Assembly: GCA_035221665.1 (NCBI GenBank)
Contig: CM069139.1
Location: 75,082,001-75,146,000, forward strand
Direction: 5' to 3'
Source of the DNA: Okamejei kenojei
Lineage: Eukaryota
Length of the DNA: 64,000 nucleotides
Below, piece by piece: positions 52,420-64,000 of the stretch. The notes beneath the pieces were generated by a model that made no database searches, was not told the origin of the DNA, and saw only the letters and a program-made list of their open reading frames with translations. How positions within the stretch are numbered: the stretch's first letter is position 1; each line of letters starts with the position of its first letter. The position numbers and the translations under genes were made by a program.

Positions 52420-54640
52420 CCACCCCCCCAGTCCCTTTAAACTACAGCAAGTACAGACCCAGAGCCATCAAATACTCATCCTATGTTCTCAATCACCCCT
52501 GAAATAGTTATCCTAAACACCTTCCGGACCCTCTTCAATTCCAACACATTCTTCTTCGGAATTGGGGCCCAAAACTGCTCACAATGTTCCAACTCTGATC
52601 TGACGTGTCTTAGAAAGCCTCCGCATTATATCCGTGCGTTTACATTCTAGTCCTGATGAAATGATGCTAACATTGTATTTACCTTCCTTACTGCCGATCA
52701 ACCTGCAAATTAAACTTTTTGGGAATCATGCACCAGCACCTCCCAAGTCCCTTTGCACCTCGGATTTCTAAATCCCTCCCCATTTTGAAAATATTCTACA
52801 CCTTTATTCCTTCTACAAAAGGTGCATGGCCGTACACTTTGCTGTGCTGTATTGCATTTGCCATTTATTTGCCCAATCTCCCAGCCCGTCCGTGTCCTTC
52901 TGCAGGTTCCCGCTTCCTCAACACTACCTACCCCTCCAGATATCTTTGTATCATTCGCAAATTTTGCCACAAAACCATAACTTTAATCACCCAGATCATT
53001 TACATATAACATGAAAAGTAACCGACTGACACTGGCTTCTGTGATACACCACTAGTCACTGGTAGCCAAGCAGAAAAGGCCCTCTTGATTTCCACTCTGC
53101 CTTCTGCTGCTCTGGAAATATTCTATCCTCTAACACCATGTGCTCCTCTCTTGTTTATCAGCCTCGCAGCAACACCTTATTAAAGGCCTTCTCAAAATCC
53201 ATGTAAGCAACATGCATTGGTCTTTCTTTGTCTATCCCGCTTGTCGCATCCTCAAATAATGTCACCAGATATGTCATGCAAGATCTCCTTTTGACAATAC
53301 CATGCTGATTTTCGTCTATTTTATCATGTACTTCCAAGTACTTTGAAACATCCTTAATAATCCTGCCAACCATTGAAGTTGAGCTAACCGGCCCAAGATT
53401 TTATTTATATTGTTTAGCTACCTATGTAAACGGTAGAGTTACATTAGCAATTTCCACGCCATTCCTAACTCTAGTGATTCTTGAAAGGTCACTACTAATA
53501 TATCCGCAATCTCAACAACGACCTCTTTCAGAAACCTGGGGTGTTGTCCATTTGGTCCAGGGGACGTATCCACCTTCACGCCTTTCAGCTCCCAGTGTTC
53601 CCAGCGAAGAACGTGACTGGGAGGGTTCCCGGGGAGCGCCGCTGAGAACAAAAATGACACGCCGCTGAGAACAAAGAATATGTGCGTGTGTGTGTGGAGG
53701 GGAGGAGGGGGAGGGGGGGGGGGGGGGGGGGGGGGAGGATGCGAGAATGAAAAGGGACCCGGCGTGTGAGTCTCAACCTTGTTGACGCCGTTTACGTGGC
53801 GACTGTTTGCATACTTTGTGCATGGTATGCATCACAAATACTTTCGCTATGACATGTCACATGTGATAATAAAGTGTCATTAATTCAATCATTCATTCAT
53901 TCATTCATTCGTTTTTCATTCATTCATTCATTCACCTTCTCCTTAGTCATAATGACTGTACTCACTACTGCCACCTGACTCACATGAATTTCCGGCATGT
54001 TGCAAGTGACTTCCACTGCAAAGACCGATGCAAACATCCTATTCAATTTGTTCGCATTTCTTTGTTCCCGGTTACTACTTTTCCAGCATAATTTTCCAGT
54101 GGTCCAGTGCCCACTCGTGCCTCTCTTTTACTTATATATCTTTAGTGTTATATTTTATATTATTGGCAATCTTACCTTCATAGTTCATCTTTTCTCCCCT
54201 TATTGTTTTTATAGTTGCCTTCGGTTTGGTATTAATAGCTTCCCAAACCTCTAGGTTCTCGTTAATCTTTGCCAAATTTGACGCCTTCCCCGTTGCTTTT
54301 ATGCTGCCTTTGGCTCCCTTTGGGATGTTTCTTTCTCTGGGATGAAGAGATCCTGCATCTTCGGAATTGCTCCCAGAAATTCCTGCCATTGCTGTTCCAA
54401 CATCATTCATACGATTGGCTCCAATCAACTTTAGCCAGCCCCCCCCCCCCCCCCACCCCCACGTGGCTCTGCAGTTACCTTTGCTCAATAATAACACCAA
54501 TGCATCTGATTTCAACTTCTCCCTCGCAAATGTTAGGTTAAATTCTCTATTATAATCACTGCCACCTAGGGGTTCCCTAATTTAGTTCCCTAATTAAATC
54601 TGGTTCATTGCACAGCACCAAATCCAGAATTGCCTTTTCC
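52420..54640 (-). mobile_element. Old CR1-type LINE ORF2 fragment with a nested short retroposon (about 53600-53934, (CATT)n tail)
   Basis: SPGPNGQHPRFLKE, YMDFEKAFNKV and AKFANDTKI motifs. Confidence 0.8.
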
Positions 54641-54641
54641 A

Positions 54642-55790
54642 TAGTCTACATGGACTTCTGCAGGGCGTTTGGTAAGTTTCAATGTGGTTGGAGTCCTCTA
54701 CGAGGTTAGAATGCATGGGATCCAAGAAAAGCTAGCTAGCTGGAAACAGAATTTGCTACATGGTAGGCAGAGGATAATGGTGGATGCCTTTATGGGCTGG
54801 AAGCCTGTGATTAGCGACATGCCACGGGAATGGTGCTGGGCCCATTGGTGTTGTCAAGAATGTACAAGGCATGAGTAGTAAGTTTGCAGATGACACAAAA
54901 ATAGGTGGTTATGTAAACAGTGAAGATGGTACACAAAACTACAGTGGGAACCTGAGATGCTGAGCAAGTAGGGCAAGGAATGACTAATGGAGTTTAATTC
55001 AGATAAGCGTGAGCTATTGCATTTTGGGGAAGTTAAGCAAAGTCAGGAATTTCACAGTTAATGGCGGGGCGCTAGGGAGTGTTGTAGTTCAGAGAGATCT
55101 AGAAGTACAAGTACATATTTCGCTGAAGGTAGCGTCACAGGTGGATAAGGTGGTGAAGAAGACTTTTAGCTCAATAGCCTTCATCAAGCACGGAATTGTG
55201 TATCGTGGTTCGGACAACAGTTACATACATTTGTGGGACAGAAAAATACATTTGTGGGACAGCACTTCGAGTATTGTGCTCAGCTTTGGATACGTGCTAT
55301 GGGAAATATGTCATTAAGTTGGAAAAGGGTGCGGAGAAGATTTATGAGGATGTTGCCAAGACTCGATGGCCAGAACTATATGGTGAGGTTGGACAGTCTA
55401 TGACATCATTTCTTGGAGCACAGAAGGCCGAGGAATGGTTTTATAGAGATGTACACATCATATGCGCGGAGGAAATGAAAATATTTTTTTTCCTCGGGTA
55501 GGGGAATCAAGATCCAGATGTTCCAGGTTTAAGGTGAGAGGGGAGATATTTAATAAGAATCTGAGCACCCTTTTTCACATGGAGCGTGATAGAACTGTCA
55601 GAGGAATTTAGTTGAAATAGCTACAATAACAACATTAAAAAAACACTTGGACAAGTGCGTGGACACGAAGGTTTAGAGATACACGGGCACACGCGGGTAA
55701 ATTGAACTATCTTACATTCAGCACGTTCACTTGCATGGACGAGTTGGGCTGAAGGGCCTGCTTGCATGCTATATGACTTAATGCTTGCAT
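54642..55790 (+). mobile_element. Old CR1-type LINE 3' fragment
   Basis: SKFADDTKI and QRDLEVQVH..VDKVVKK motifs; CR1 3' UTR. Confidence 0.8.
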
Positions 55791-57220
55791 GCTATATGAC
55801 GTGTGTCTATTTCCTGCAATATACTCCCCCTAAGATGTTCAATAAAATCTGTTTCCAAGCAAGATTTCATTCCCACAATCTGTTTCGTTTTACGGATTTT
55901 GCGTCTACTTTCACACGGATCAAGTATCGCAGATTGTGTTGTTTTCACGGTTGTCTGAAATTACGCTACGGCAAGACTAGACACACAGTAACGTCGTAGC
56001 TCCCAAGTGAATTCCCCAAAGTTTCAATAATTCTCCGGGGTTGTCTGCCAATCTCTTTCGTCTACTATTGAGCTTGTATGAAATGCAGTTCCTGTGAACC
56101 GTGTCTAATATTGCACCAAAATACAGAGTGCTCGAGGAGTCAAGCAACATCTCTGGATTGAATGGACAAGCGACATTTCGGTTCGGAGCCAAAAAGGGTT
56201 CAGACCAAAAATCCATTCCCTCCAAAGATGCTGCCGGAGTCGCTGAAAGCCAGATTCAGGATGCACGGCAAACACTGAAATCACGCTATCGCAAGGAAAC
56301 AATCTGTTTCAAGGGTATCGGGAAGTAAGGTGGAATGGGCTCCTCTGAACACCGGCATGAACACGATAGACCGAATGCGCTGCCGCAAAATTGTTATAAG
56401 TAAGAAGTGTAGTTAGAAGGTTGCTGTGTGTGGACCGAGCGTCAGCGGCACAAAACTGCAATGCACAAGCTTTCTTTCTCTCCATAGTCACTGATCCCCC
56501 AAAGCACTTCACAGACTCGAGCACCCTATCATATCCTCTATCAGGGTACCTGGCGTCTTCCAGTGCACGCGGGGGTGACGCAGGGAGGGACATGGCTCTT
56601 ACGAATGCATGGACAATGGCAACATTGTATATTGTGGCGGCATCATATTAAAGAGGCCAGATATTAAAGATAGGTGATTAATGATCAGCTGAAGAATCAG
56701 GGCAGCCTGGTTCTGGCAGTAGGGAGCTAGATTAAAATTAAAAGTGTGGGAACTGGAACACGCACTGCTGGTGAGCCTATCATATCTACTGGTAGGGTGA
56801 AAAATGGGACACATCCTGAAACAATGGCTGAGCAGGGAGACTGGAAGACTTAACCGGAAGCTGGGTGAGCGGAAATGCAAACAGAAGGGAATTGCCAATT
56901 GGCGGAGGCGTAATGCATGTCACCGACGAGTCGCGCGTCCTGGAGTGTTGAAGGCGAGCGGATTAACCCCTCCAGTGGGCCCGACTCGCCCGGCGGGGAC
57001 GTCGACGGGACCGCGCCGTGATAACGAGGAGGGACCCGCGAACAACCGTCAGTGAGTGAGCTGGGCCGTCGGTGAGTGGGGAGGGTCGTCGCAAGCACCC
57101 GGCGAGCGCCGCGGAGCGCTGCAAGAGAGGACTAGACGTCGGGCCGGCGGTGGGTGCCGGAGGTCGGTCGAGGACGCGCCGCCGAGAACAAAGGGAGACG
57201 CGGAACGAGGGGTACGAGGT

Positions 57221-57359
57221 TGTTGAAATGATCAGACTCACACATATCATTTAGAAGTCATAGTCTTTTACTTGTAATTCTACGGAGAAAACACCTTGTG
57301 CTTTCGTCTCCACGGCATACATCTAATCTAAGAGAAAGAGAGAGCGCGACCGTGTGGTG

Positions 57360-57394
<35 letters not shown>

Positions 57395-58907
57395 CAGACT
57401 AATTTACATCCTTCCTCTTAAAGAATTAAATGCAAAATGTAAGAACTACTGATTACACAAAGTACATATAGTATGTGTCAATAAACTGGAGCACGTTCAA
57501 ACGCAGCCCGGGTACTTTACGGTGGGCTTGCAGATGGGACCTGCACGCGTACGGTACAGTCCTGCATCTTCTCCCGTCGCCGGAGACGCGATCGGTGGTA
57601 GAATAAATGCGGGAGATTGAAACAGCATCCCTGGCGATGAAACAGGAGACTCTGGCACAGGTGGAGGCGGTGTGGCCATATGCGAAGCGACTGGATCGGA
57701 AGCGGATGGCAGTGTTGGTCTGGTCAGGCCAATGACGCTGGATGGGGATGGGAGTATACCTGTGCGGTCGGGATAATACGGTGGTTGTGTTGGTTCGTTC
57801 ACAGGCAGGATGTGCAGTCGGTTACGTCTGTAGGTGCCACCATCGGCATTGACCAAATATGAACGTGGCTCGGAAGCAGTTCCAGAATTTACACCGAGGC
57901 GGTGGTAACCTCTGTCAGTTTGCAGATGCACCACCTGTCCCTCGGCTAGTGGTGGATGTGGTCTGCTCGTCTTGTCATACCACCCTTTTTGAATGTCACG
58001 CTTTTGTTGTAGCCTGGACTGGATTTCTGATGGTTGGAACACATGCGGTAGCAGTGCCTGTTTCGCCACAGGCAATGTGACTCGGGTCTGCCTTGACATC
58101 AAACGCTGAGCGGGAGAACCCAATATCAGGTCGCGCGGGTTAAGCTGGTCTGGGTATACGTCTGATTTTGTGGGATCCCTGTGGGTTCGTTCCATCAATT
58201 GTTTGGCACTCCTGACGGCACGTTCAGCTAGCCCATTAGACTGTGGGTATTCGGGGCTGCTGGTATTGTGGTGAAAACCCCAGCATGTAGCAAAGTCTTT
58301 GAAGTACTGGCCGGTAAATTGACTGCTTATCAGACAGTAGTTGATACGGAGACCAATGATTGGAAAAATGGCGTTCCAGCTTCTGGACTACCCCTGTAGA
58401 GGTGGGGCTACTAAGTAGATCGATGTCAAACCATCCGGAATACGAGTCAACTAGAACCAGGTATTGTTTGCCATGCCACTCAAAATTGTCATTCGCCACA
58501 GTGGAGCATGGGAGATCAGGAACTGGGTGTGAGAAAAGCTGGGGATGCTGTTTCAATCTCCTGCACTCATTCTACCACCGATCGCGTCTCCGGTGACGGG
58601 AGAAGATGTAGGACTGTACCATACGCATGCAGGTCGCATCTGCAAGACCCCATTAAAGTACCTGGGCTACGTTTCTATTTCATCCACTTCTAACACCATA
58701 TTGAAATGATCAGACTCAAACATAGCGTTTAGAACTCATAGTCTTTTATTTGTAATTCTACTGAGGAAACACCTTGTGCTTTCGTCTCCACGACATAATC
58801 TAATCTAAGAGAGAGAGAGAGAGAGTGGGTGTAAGACATGCAGGCTGCTTGTGGGCGGGTAGTGATGAAGATCTGGACTGGACATCATAAGGAATGTGCA
58901 GCATGCA

Positions 58908-58950
<43 letters not shown>

Positions 58951-58968
58951 GAGACACACTAATCTACA
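57221..58968 (-). mobile_element. Internally deleted Gypsy-type LTR retrotransposon
   Basis: LTRs at 57221-57408 and 58699-58968; PBS TGGTGTTAGAAGTGG (tRNA-Leu-like); polypurine tract AAGAGGAAGGA; flanks AGGT and GGGT; integrase peptide FEWHGKQYLVLVDSYSGW..LLSD. Confidence 0.9.
57497..58540 (-). pseudogene. Gypsy integrase core and C-terminus (frameshifted)
   Basis: rve-type motifs; SPAQRLMSRQTR..PRSYLV..YRRNRLHI. Confidence 0.85.
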
Positions 58969-60768
58969 GGGTGGAGGACGAAGAGGGTCTTTGTCGGCGC
59001 CCTGTATGTGGCGATTCTTTGCATACTCTGCATATTGGATGCAAAACAAAGAATGTCGCTGTGAAATGTCGCATGTGATAATTAAGTATCAATCAATCCT
59101 GGCAATGAGCCTATCACTTAAAATTAAGGGAAAAACAAATGTATGATGTCGAACTTAGAGTGGAAATTAACAGAGGGAAACAATGTTGGGGAGCAGGGAG
59201 CAGAGTAATGGTCATCCACTTCCTGTCATATTTGGAAAAAGTTCGAAGCTGAATTTCACCTCTCGCCCGGTCTTACAACGTCTCAAGTTCATTGAGCAGC
59301 GTCGCAGCAGTCAGGAACCTTATGAAGTTGATTATCCGCGATAGACACAAAATGCTGGCGTAACTCAGTAGGACTGGCAGCATCCCTGGAGAGAAGGAAT
59401 GGTTGGCGTTTCGAGTCGTGACCCTTCTTCAGACACATTACTTCAGACTAATTATCCGAGAACTGGAGTATACGTTATCCTTTAAGTAGAATACGTTGTA
59501 AGACACTGATGTCCTATGCATTCACTGCGTAGGATAGTGAAATTGCATCGCAAAAACATACACCTTAGCAGCAGGAGTTATTTCAAATCACTGGACAATT
59601 TAACAATAGTTGATACTTGTTTTATTGGTCAGGAACATTTTGAATATAAAATTTCCCGAGGCGTAACATCCTAAAGATTTAAACGGTAAATATATTTATT
59701 CTTCCATAATTTCGAGATCAAACATTGTGATATTCATCGGTTCTCCCTCTCCCCCAACCTATCTTGTGAATGATAGCTGAGCCAGATACGGGAGACAGGA
59801 AATTGACGACGACAGTTAACTTCAGCTGTTCTCCTTTGTAAATAAAGACGTACATTTAAAGTAATTTGTCTAACAGTCACAATGGGTGTTAACAAGAAAA
59901 CAAGATTTGTAAACGTGTACAGTGCACTCAGCCCAGAAAGTGAAGTGCAGATTGAAAGTAGAGTATCGACGGTAGAAACAGTTAAAACGTCTTCACAGAA
60001 GTAAGTTATTTAAACAGGGCAACCACCAATGCGAAATCTGCACAGTCATGGAAAGCCCCAAATCAATCGCCATAAAGTGCAGGGAATGTACAGCTAAAGT
60101 CAATGTCTTAAATATAGAGCTGAAGGCACTTGAAGTTTTAGGATTTGGCTACAATCATCAATTCCCTGGCCACTTTACCGATAACAGTCCACAAATAATG
60201 TCTTAATGTATGTGTATGGATACACACGAGACTGCAATTGCTCGAATCTTGAGTAATCTTGAGTTTACTCACCATCCTTCCCTCTTCCATCATTTCCCAA
60301 ATTCCTTATCAGATGCTACGAGCTTCAAGCTTTTATCCTCTCCTCACCTTCACCCTTCCCTCCCCCAGCTTACCTATCTGCCAATCGAAGCATCCTCGCG
60401 CGAGTCCGCCAGCTCATCCCTCACCCCTCCCTTCTCTTTTCTCTTCCAGCTATCTCCCATTTACTCCATCAGTGCGAAGCAGGGTCCCGTCCTGAAGCAT
60501 CATCTGTATGTTCCCCTCCACAGATGCTGCCTGGTCCACCGGTTTCCTCCAGTACTGTGTCTTTTGCACGGACATTTTCACAATTCCCCATGTTCTGTGT
60601 GTCTTTAAACCAATGACCAAAGAGAACCAACACAAATGAAACACTTCCATCGTCAAGTAGCACAAAGGGTAAAAAAATTGAATAAGATCTTCAGCGAATG
60701 ATAGTTATTTGATTTATTTTGAAAGCAAGAACTTATAAGATTCGCTGAGACGATCCGAAGCTTTTTTT

Positions 60769-61181
60769 TTAGTTTAAGCACCCATCCCGTGGATATGTAC
60801 CAATTCTGGTCATTTTATACACTATAACATTTTTTTCATCTACTTTATCAACTACCTGGCAATTAAAATGCCGAGGTAGAAGCTCGTCGTGGAAGAAGGG
60901 AGAACCATTCATCTTTCGTAATTCGGACGAGAGGTAAATTGTAGCTCCTTGCTTGGCGAGATGGCACAATGTCTCAACGAGTGCCGGGTAGCTAACGGAG
61001 CTATAAACAATATCAGAACCCAAGATGAAGTCATAATTGGTGGGAAAGCGGGCGTGGTCTTCACCCCATGTCAGGGCCTGAACATTTATCCGGTGCCTGC
61101 ACGCAGAGGGGATGTTGATGGAGACGTTGTTTTCTATTTGCTTCAGCGTGTTAGGTTTATCTGTCATGGTCACTTCTCCAC
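60769..61181 (-). CDS. EEF1AKMT3: EEF1AKMT3-like paralog 4, exon 3
   Basis: ctcgctag acceptor; GEVTMTDK..LTWGED..YDFILGSDIVY; TAA stop; AATAAA at 60718-60713. Confidence 0.92.
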
Positions 61182-61730
61182 CTAGCGAGAGAAAAGCGAA
61201 ATCCATTTCTCTTTCCTTTCAATTTCATTGATCACGGAGAAGATTAGGATACACAATGTCGGGCGGTATTGAAACTTACTTCGAAGAGGATGGGATAAAT
61301 CATTATCTTAAAACTAGCAGAAAGGTCAAATAGATTAGCGACGCGTGGGACTTCCAGAGTCCACCCGGTCCCTCGTTTATAAAGGACGACCACATTAATT
61401 AGGAACAGAACACAAAAGATGGCCTGGTTGTCTAGGTTGCTGTTGTTGTTTTAACCTTCCATGACACCTAGCAAACTGCCCCGCGCCATGATTTTGTTAT
61501 ACAGGCCACGACGGATGCAGATTCGCGTGAGAACATCATCCTTCAGACTTGACTTGCGTTCTCTAACTTAAATCCCCCGAAACACATTTACCAGCTGGGA
61601 AGTGATGACTCCAATATTCCTGAACAATAACACCTTTATCGCTACCCGCACGCCCATCATTATTATCCAAATTCATTTTTGATATCAGGAGGCGCTGGAG
61701 TTCAGTTCGCTTCGCCAAGTGTGCACTTAC

Positions 61731-61842
61731 CAAGTAACGTTGTTAAGATCCCCACGATCCCAGTGCCCGATCCCAGTTCAATCACCGTCTTCCCAGTAAA
61801 ACTGGCGTTCTGCTTCTCAAAGTACCGGCAAAGAGCGACCCC
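61731..61842 (-). CDS. EEF1AKMT3: EEF1AKMT3-like paralog 4, exon 2
   Basis: tttcag acceptor; [37 protein letters not shown]; GTAAGT donor. Confidence 0.92.
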
Positions 61843-62213
61843 CTGAAATAATGGAAGACGTAAAGGGCTCATTCGGGAAGTGATCTGAATCCGACCGCTA
61901 CTGTTGTGCAGGGGCAGAGAATGTGATACATATTCACTATAGAGACATGAGACTCCATCGTGCACTGTCCAGAATTAGCACCGGGTAGGTGTGTTTGCGC
62001 TTTCTTGTGAAGAGGCGCATGCCTCAAGAAAATGATCCATCACATCACCCAAAATTCAAAAACCCGCTGTCCCATCACTTTACCTATCAATATGTCCACA
62101 TCGCAGCTACAGCTGCAGCAATGACTGAGATCTCTCTGGGCGAACTCTGCCTGTTTTTTTTGGCGGGTTTGTACTACTCCAGCCAAGTGGCGGAAACATT
62201 CAATGCCTACCTT

Positions 62214-62640
62214 TAGAAACATAGAAACATACAAAATAGTTGCAGGAGTAGGCCATTCGGCCCTTCGAGCCTGCACCGCCATTCAATATGATCATGGCTG
62301 ATCATCCAACTCAGTATCCTGTACCTACCTTCTCTCCATACTCCCTGATCCCTTTAGCCACAAGGGCCACATCTAACTCCCTCTTAAATATAGCCAATGA
62401 ACTGGCCTCAACTATCTTCTGTAGCAGAGAATTCCAGAGAATCACCACTCTCTGTGTGAAAAATATTTTTCTCATCTCGGTCCTAAAAGATTTCCCCCAT
62501 ATCCTTAAATTGTGACCCCTTATCCTGGACTTCCCCAAAATCGGGAACAATCTTCCTGCATGTAGCCTATCCAACCCCTTAAGAATTGTGTAAGTTTCTA
62601 TAAGATCCCCCCTCAATCTTCTAAATTCTAGCGAGTACAA
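62214..62640 (-). mobile_element. Young CR1/HER1-type LINE 3' end in intron 1 of paralog 4
   Basis: Very similar to 41365-41785; (TTTCTATG)n tail. Confidence 0.92.
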
Positions 62641-63566
62641 GTCATTTTCGGGAGTGGGTGGATGGACTGCGCTCCCCACGCCATGCCTCTCGCACTTAGA
62701 GCGACAAGAGGGCGAAGGAAGATCTGTTTACTGCGGTCTGAGGTCAGGAGCCTCAGCAGATGAGGATTCAGTGGGAGGTAATTGAAGCCTCAATATATAA
62801 AATATAGCAGCGGCAATCGTGATCCAATGAGCTTCCATCGCACCTTAACCCAAGAGTTGAGACCACAGAAATACCCATTGTTTAGCCTAAACATGTGAGA
62901 CAAACGCAAGGTGTAGGTCGACATGGACTGGAGGCACCGGTTTGGTCAAAGATCCCGACAGCTTTACTTGTCTCGGTGCTTGGAACATCCGAACAGCAGC
63001 TGTGCGCTGAATCAAACTACTGCAGGCGTGAACTCTCCAATACATTCAGTCATCGAGTCATACCGTACGGAAACAGATCCTTCGGCCCATCTCGGCCATG
63101 CCGACCAAAATGCCCCATTTAAGCTAATTCCACCTGCCCGTGTTTGGCCAATATCCCGCTAACCCTCTCCTATCCATGTACATGTCCGGTTGTCTTTTAA
63201 ATGTTGTTATTGTACTAGCCTCAACCACTTTATCTCGCAGCTTGTTCCAGAAAGACGCCATCTTCTGTGTGAAATCCCTCCGTCAGGTTGTTTTGAATCT
63301 TAAACCTATACCGTCGAGATTTTACTTCCCCTAGTTACACGAGAGACTACAAATGTTGCAATCTAGAGGAAAAAAAGAAAAACTGCAAAATAATATTCGA
63401 TAGGACAGGCAGCATCTGTGGTGAGAGAAAAGACTTAACATTTCAGGTTGTGAACCTTTAGTCATCACATGAAAATGCATCTTGTTAAAATAGAGTTCTG
63501 ACTTTTTCCATCACAGGCGCTGTCTGACTTGATTGAGCGTTATTTCAGGTATTCAGCATCTGCCTG

Positions 63567-63683
63567 GGGTGGGAGATTGCAACCTTCACGTGGTCTGCCC
63601 TGTTTCGACGAATGCAATCAACCTGGCGTGCACAATCAAATGCGATCAAATACAACAAGTAGGCCTGCACGCCATACGCAAGA
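63567..63683 (+). mobile_element. 117-bp retroposon insertion with 12-bp target-site duplication
   Basis: AGCATCTGCCTG at 63555-63566 and 63684-63695; ends in aaga. Confidence 0.7.
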
Positions 63684-63766
63684 AGCATCTGCCTGTTGAA
63701 CTCTGGTAAATATAACACATGGGAAACGTCGCCTTTCGGCAAACTCCAGTTGTTGAGTTAACTTAC

Positions 63767-63934
63767 AGCTTCCCAGACGTACGCCGAGAAGCCGATGTTC
63801 GCATTGATGAAACGAGCGATCTTTAAATTGTATCCGCAGAACTCGTATTTGTTCTCGAATATGACGGTGGGATCACTTGCCCCGTCCTTTGCGGCGCCGT
63901 CGCAAGGGGTCTCCACCCGTCCGACAGCCGACAT
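63767..63934 (-). CDS. EEF1AKMT3: EEF1AKMT3-like paralog 4, exon 1 of 3 (230 aa in total)
   Basis: MSAVGRVETP...KYEFCGYNLKIARFINANIGFSAYVWEA, then GTAAGT. Absent from the ORF track. Exons of 168+112+413 = 693 nt join in frame. Confidence 0.9.
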
Positions 63935-64000
63935 CTTAATCCCCCGAAATTCACCCTATGAGTGCTGAAGAAGCTATGACGGGGCTCGCTCCTGGCGGGG

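Overview
Vertebrate genomic DNA, not prokaryotic. The repeat content (CR1/HER1-type LINEs, V-SINE-like elements, Penelope-derived palindromes) suggests a cartilaginous fish, probably a skate or ray; this is inference. The window holds a tandem cluster of five diverged EEF1AKMT3/METTL21B-like protein-lysine methyltransferase paralogs. Four are complete, in-frame 3-exon genes (+9442-18695, +30369-34453, +48927-51407, -63934-60769). The fifth is exon 1 of a copy that runs off the left edge (-1200-1069). All complete copies share a 112-nt exon 2, intron phases 0 and 1, the GxGxG SAM motif and the DxxY motif. They differ strongly in segments likely to contact substrate. The rest is a dense and often nested transposon landscape: a DIRS1-type element with intact ITR/ICR architecture inside a Penelope remnant, a small Gypsy derivative with an internal inverted repeat, nested and rearranged CR1 copies, Helitron-like non-autonomous elements, and many Penelope-derived palindromes carrying a hammerhead-like core. 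Exon boundaries were read base by base; most repeat boundaries are approximate.
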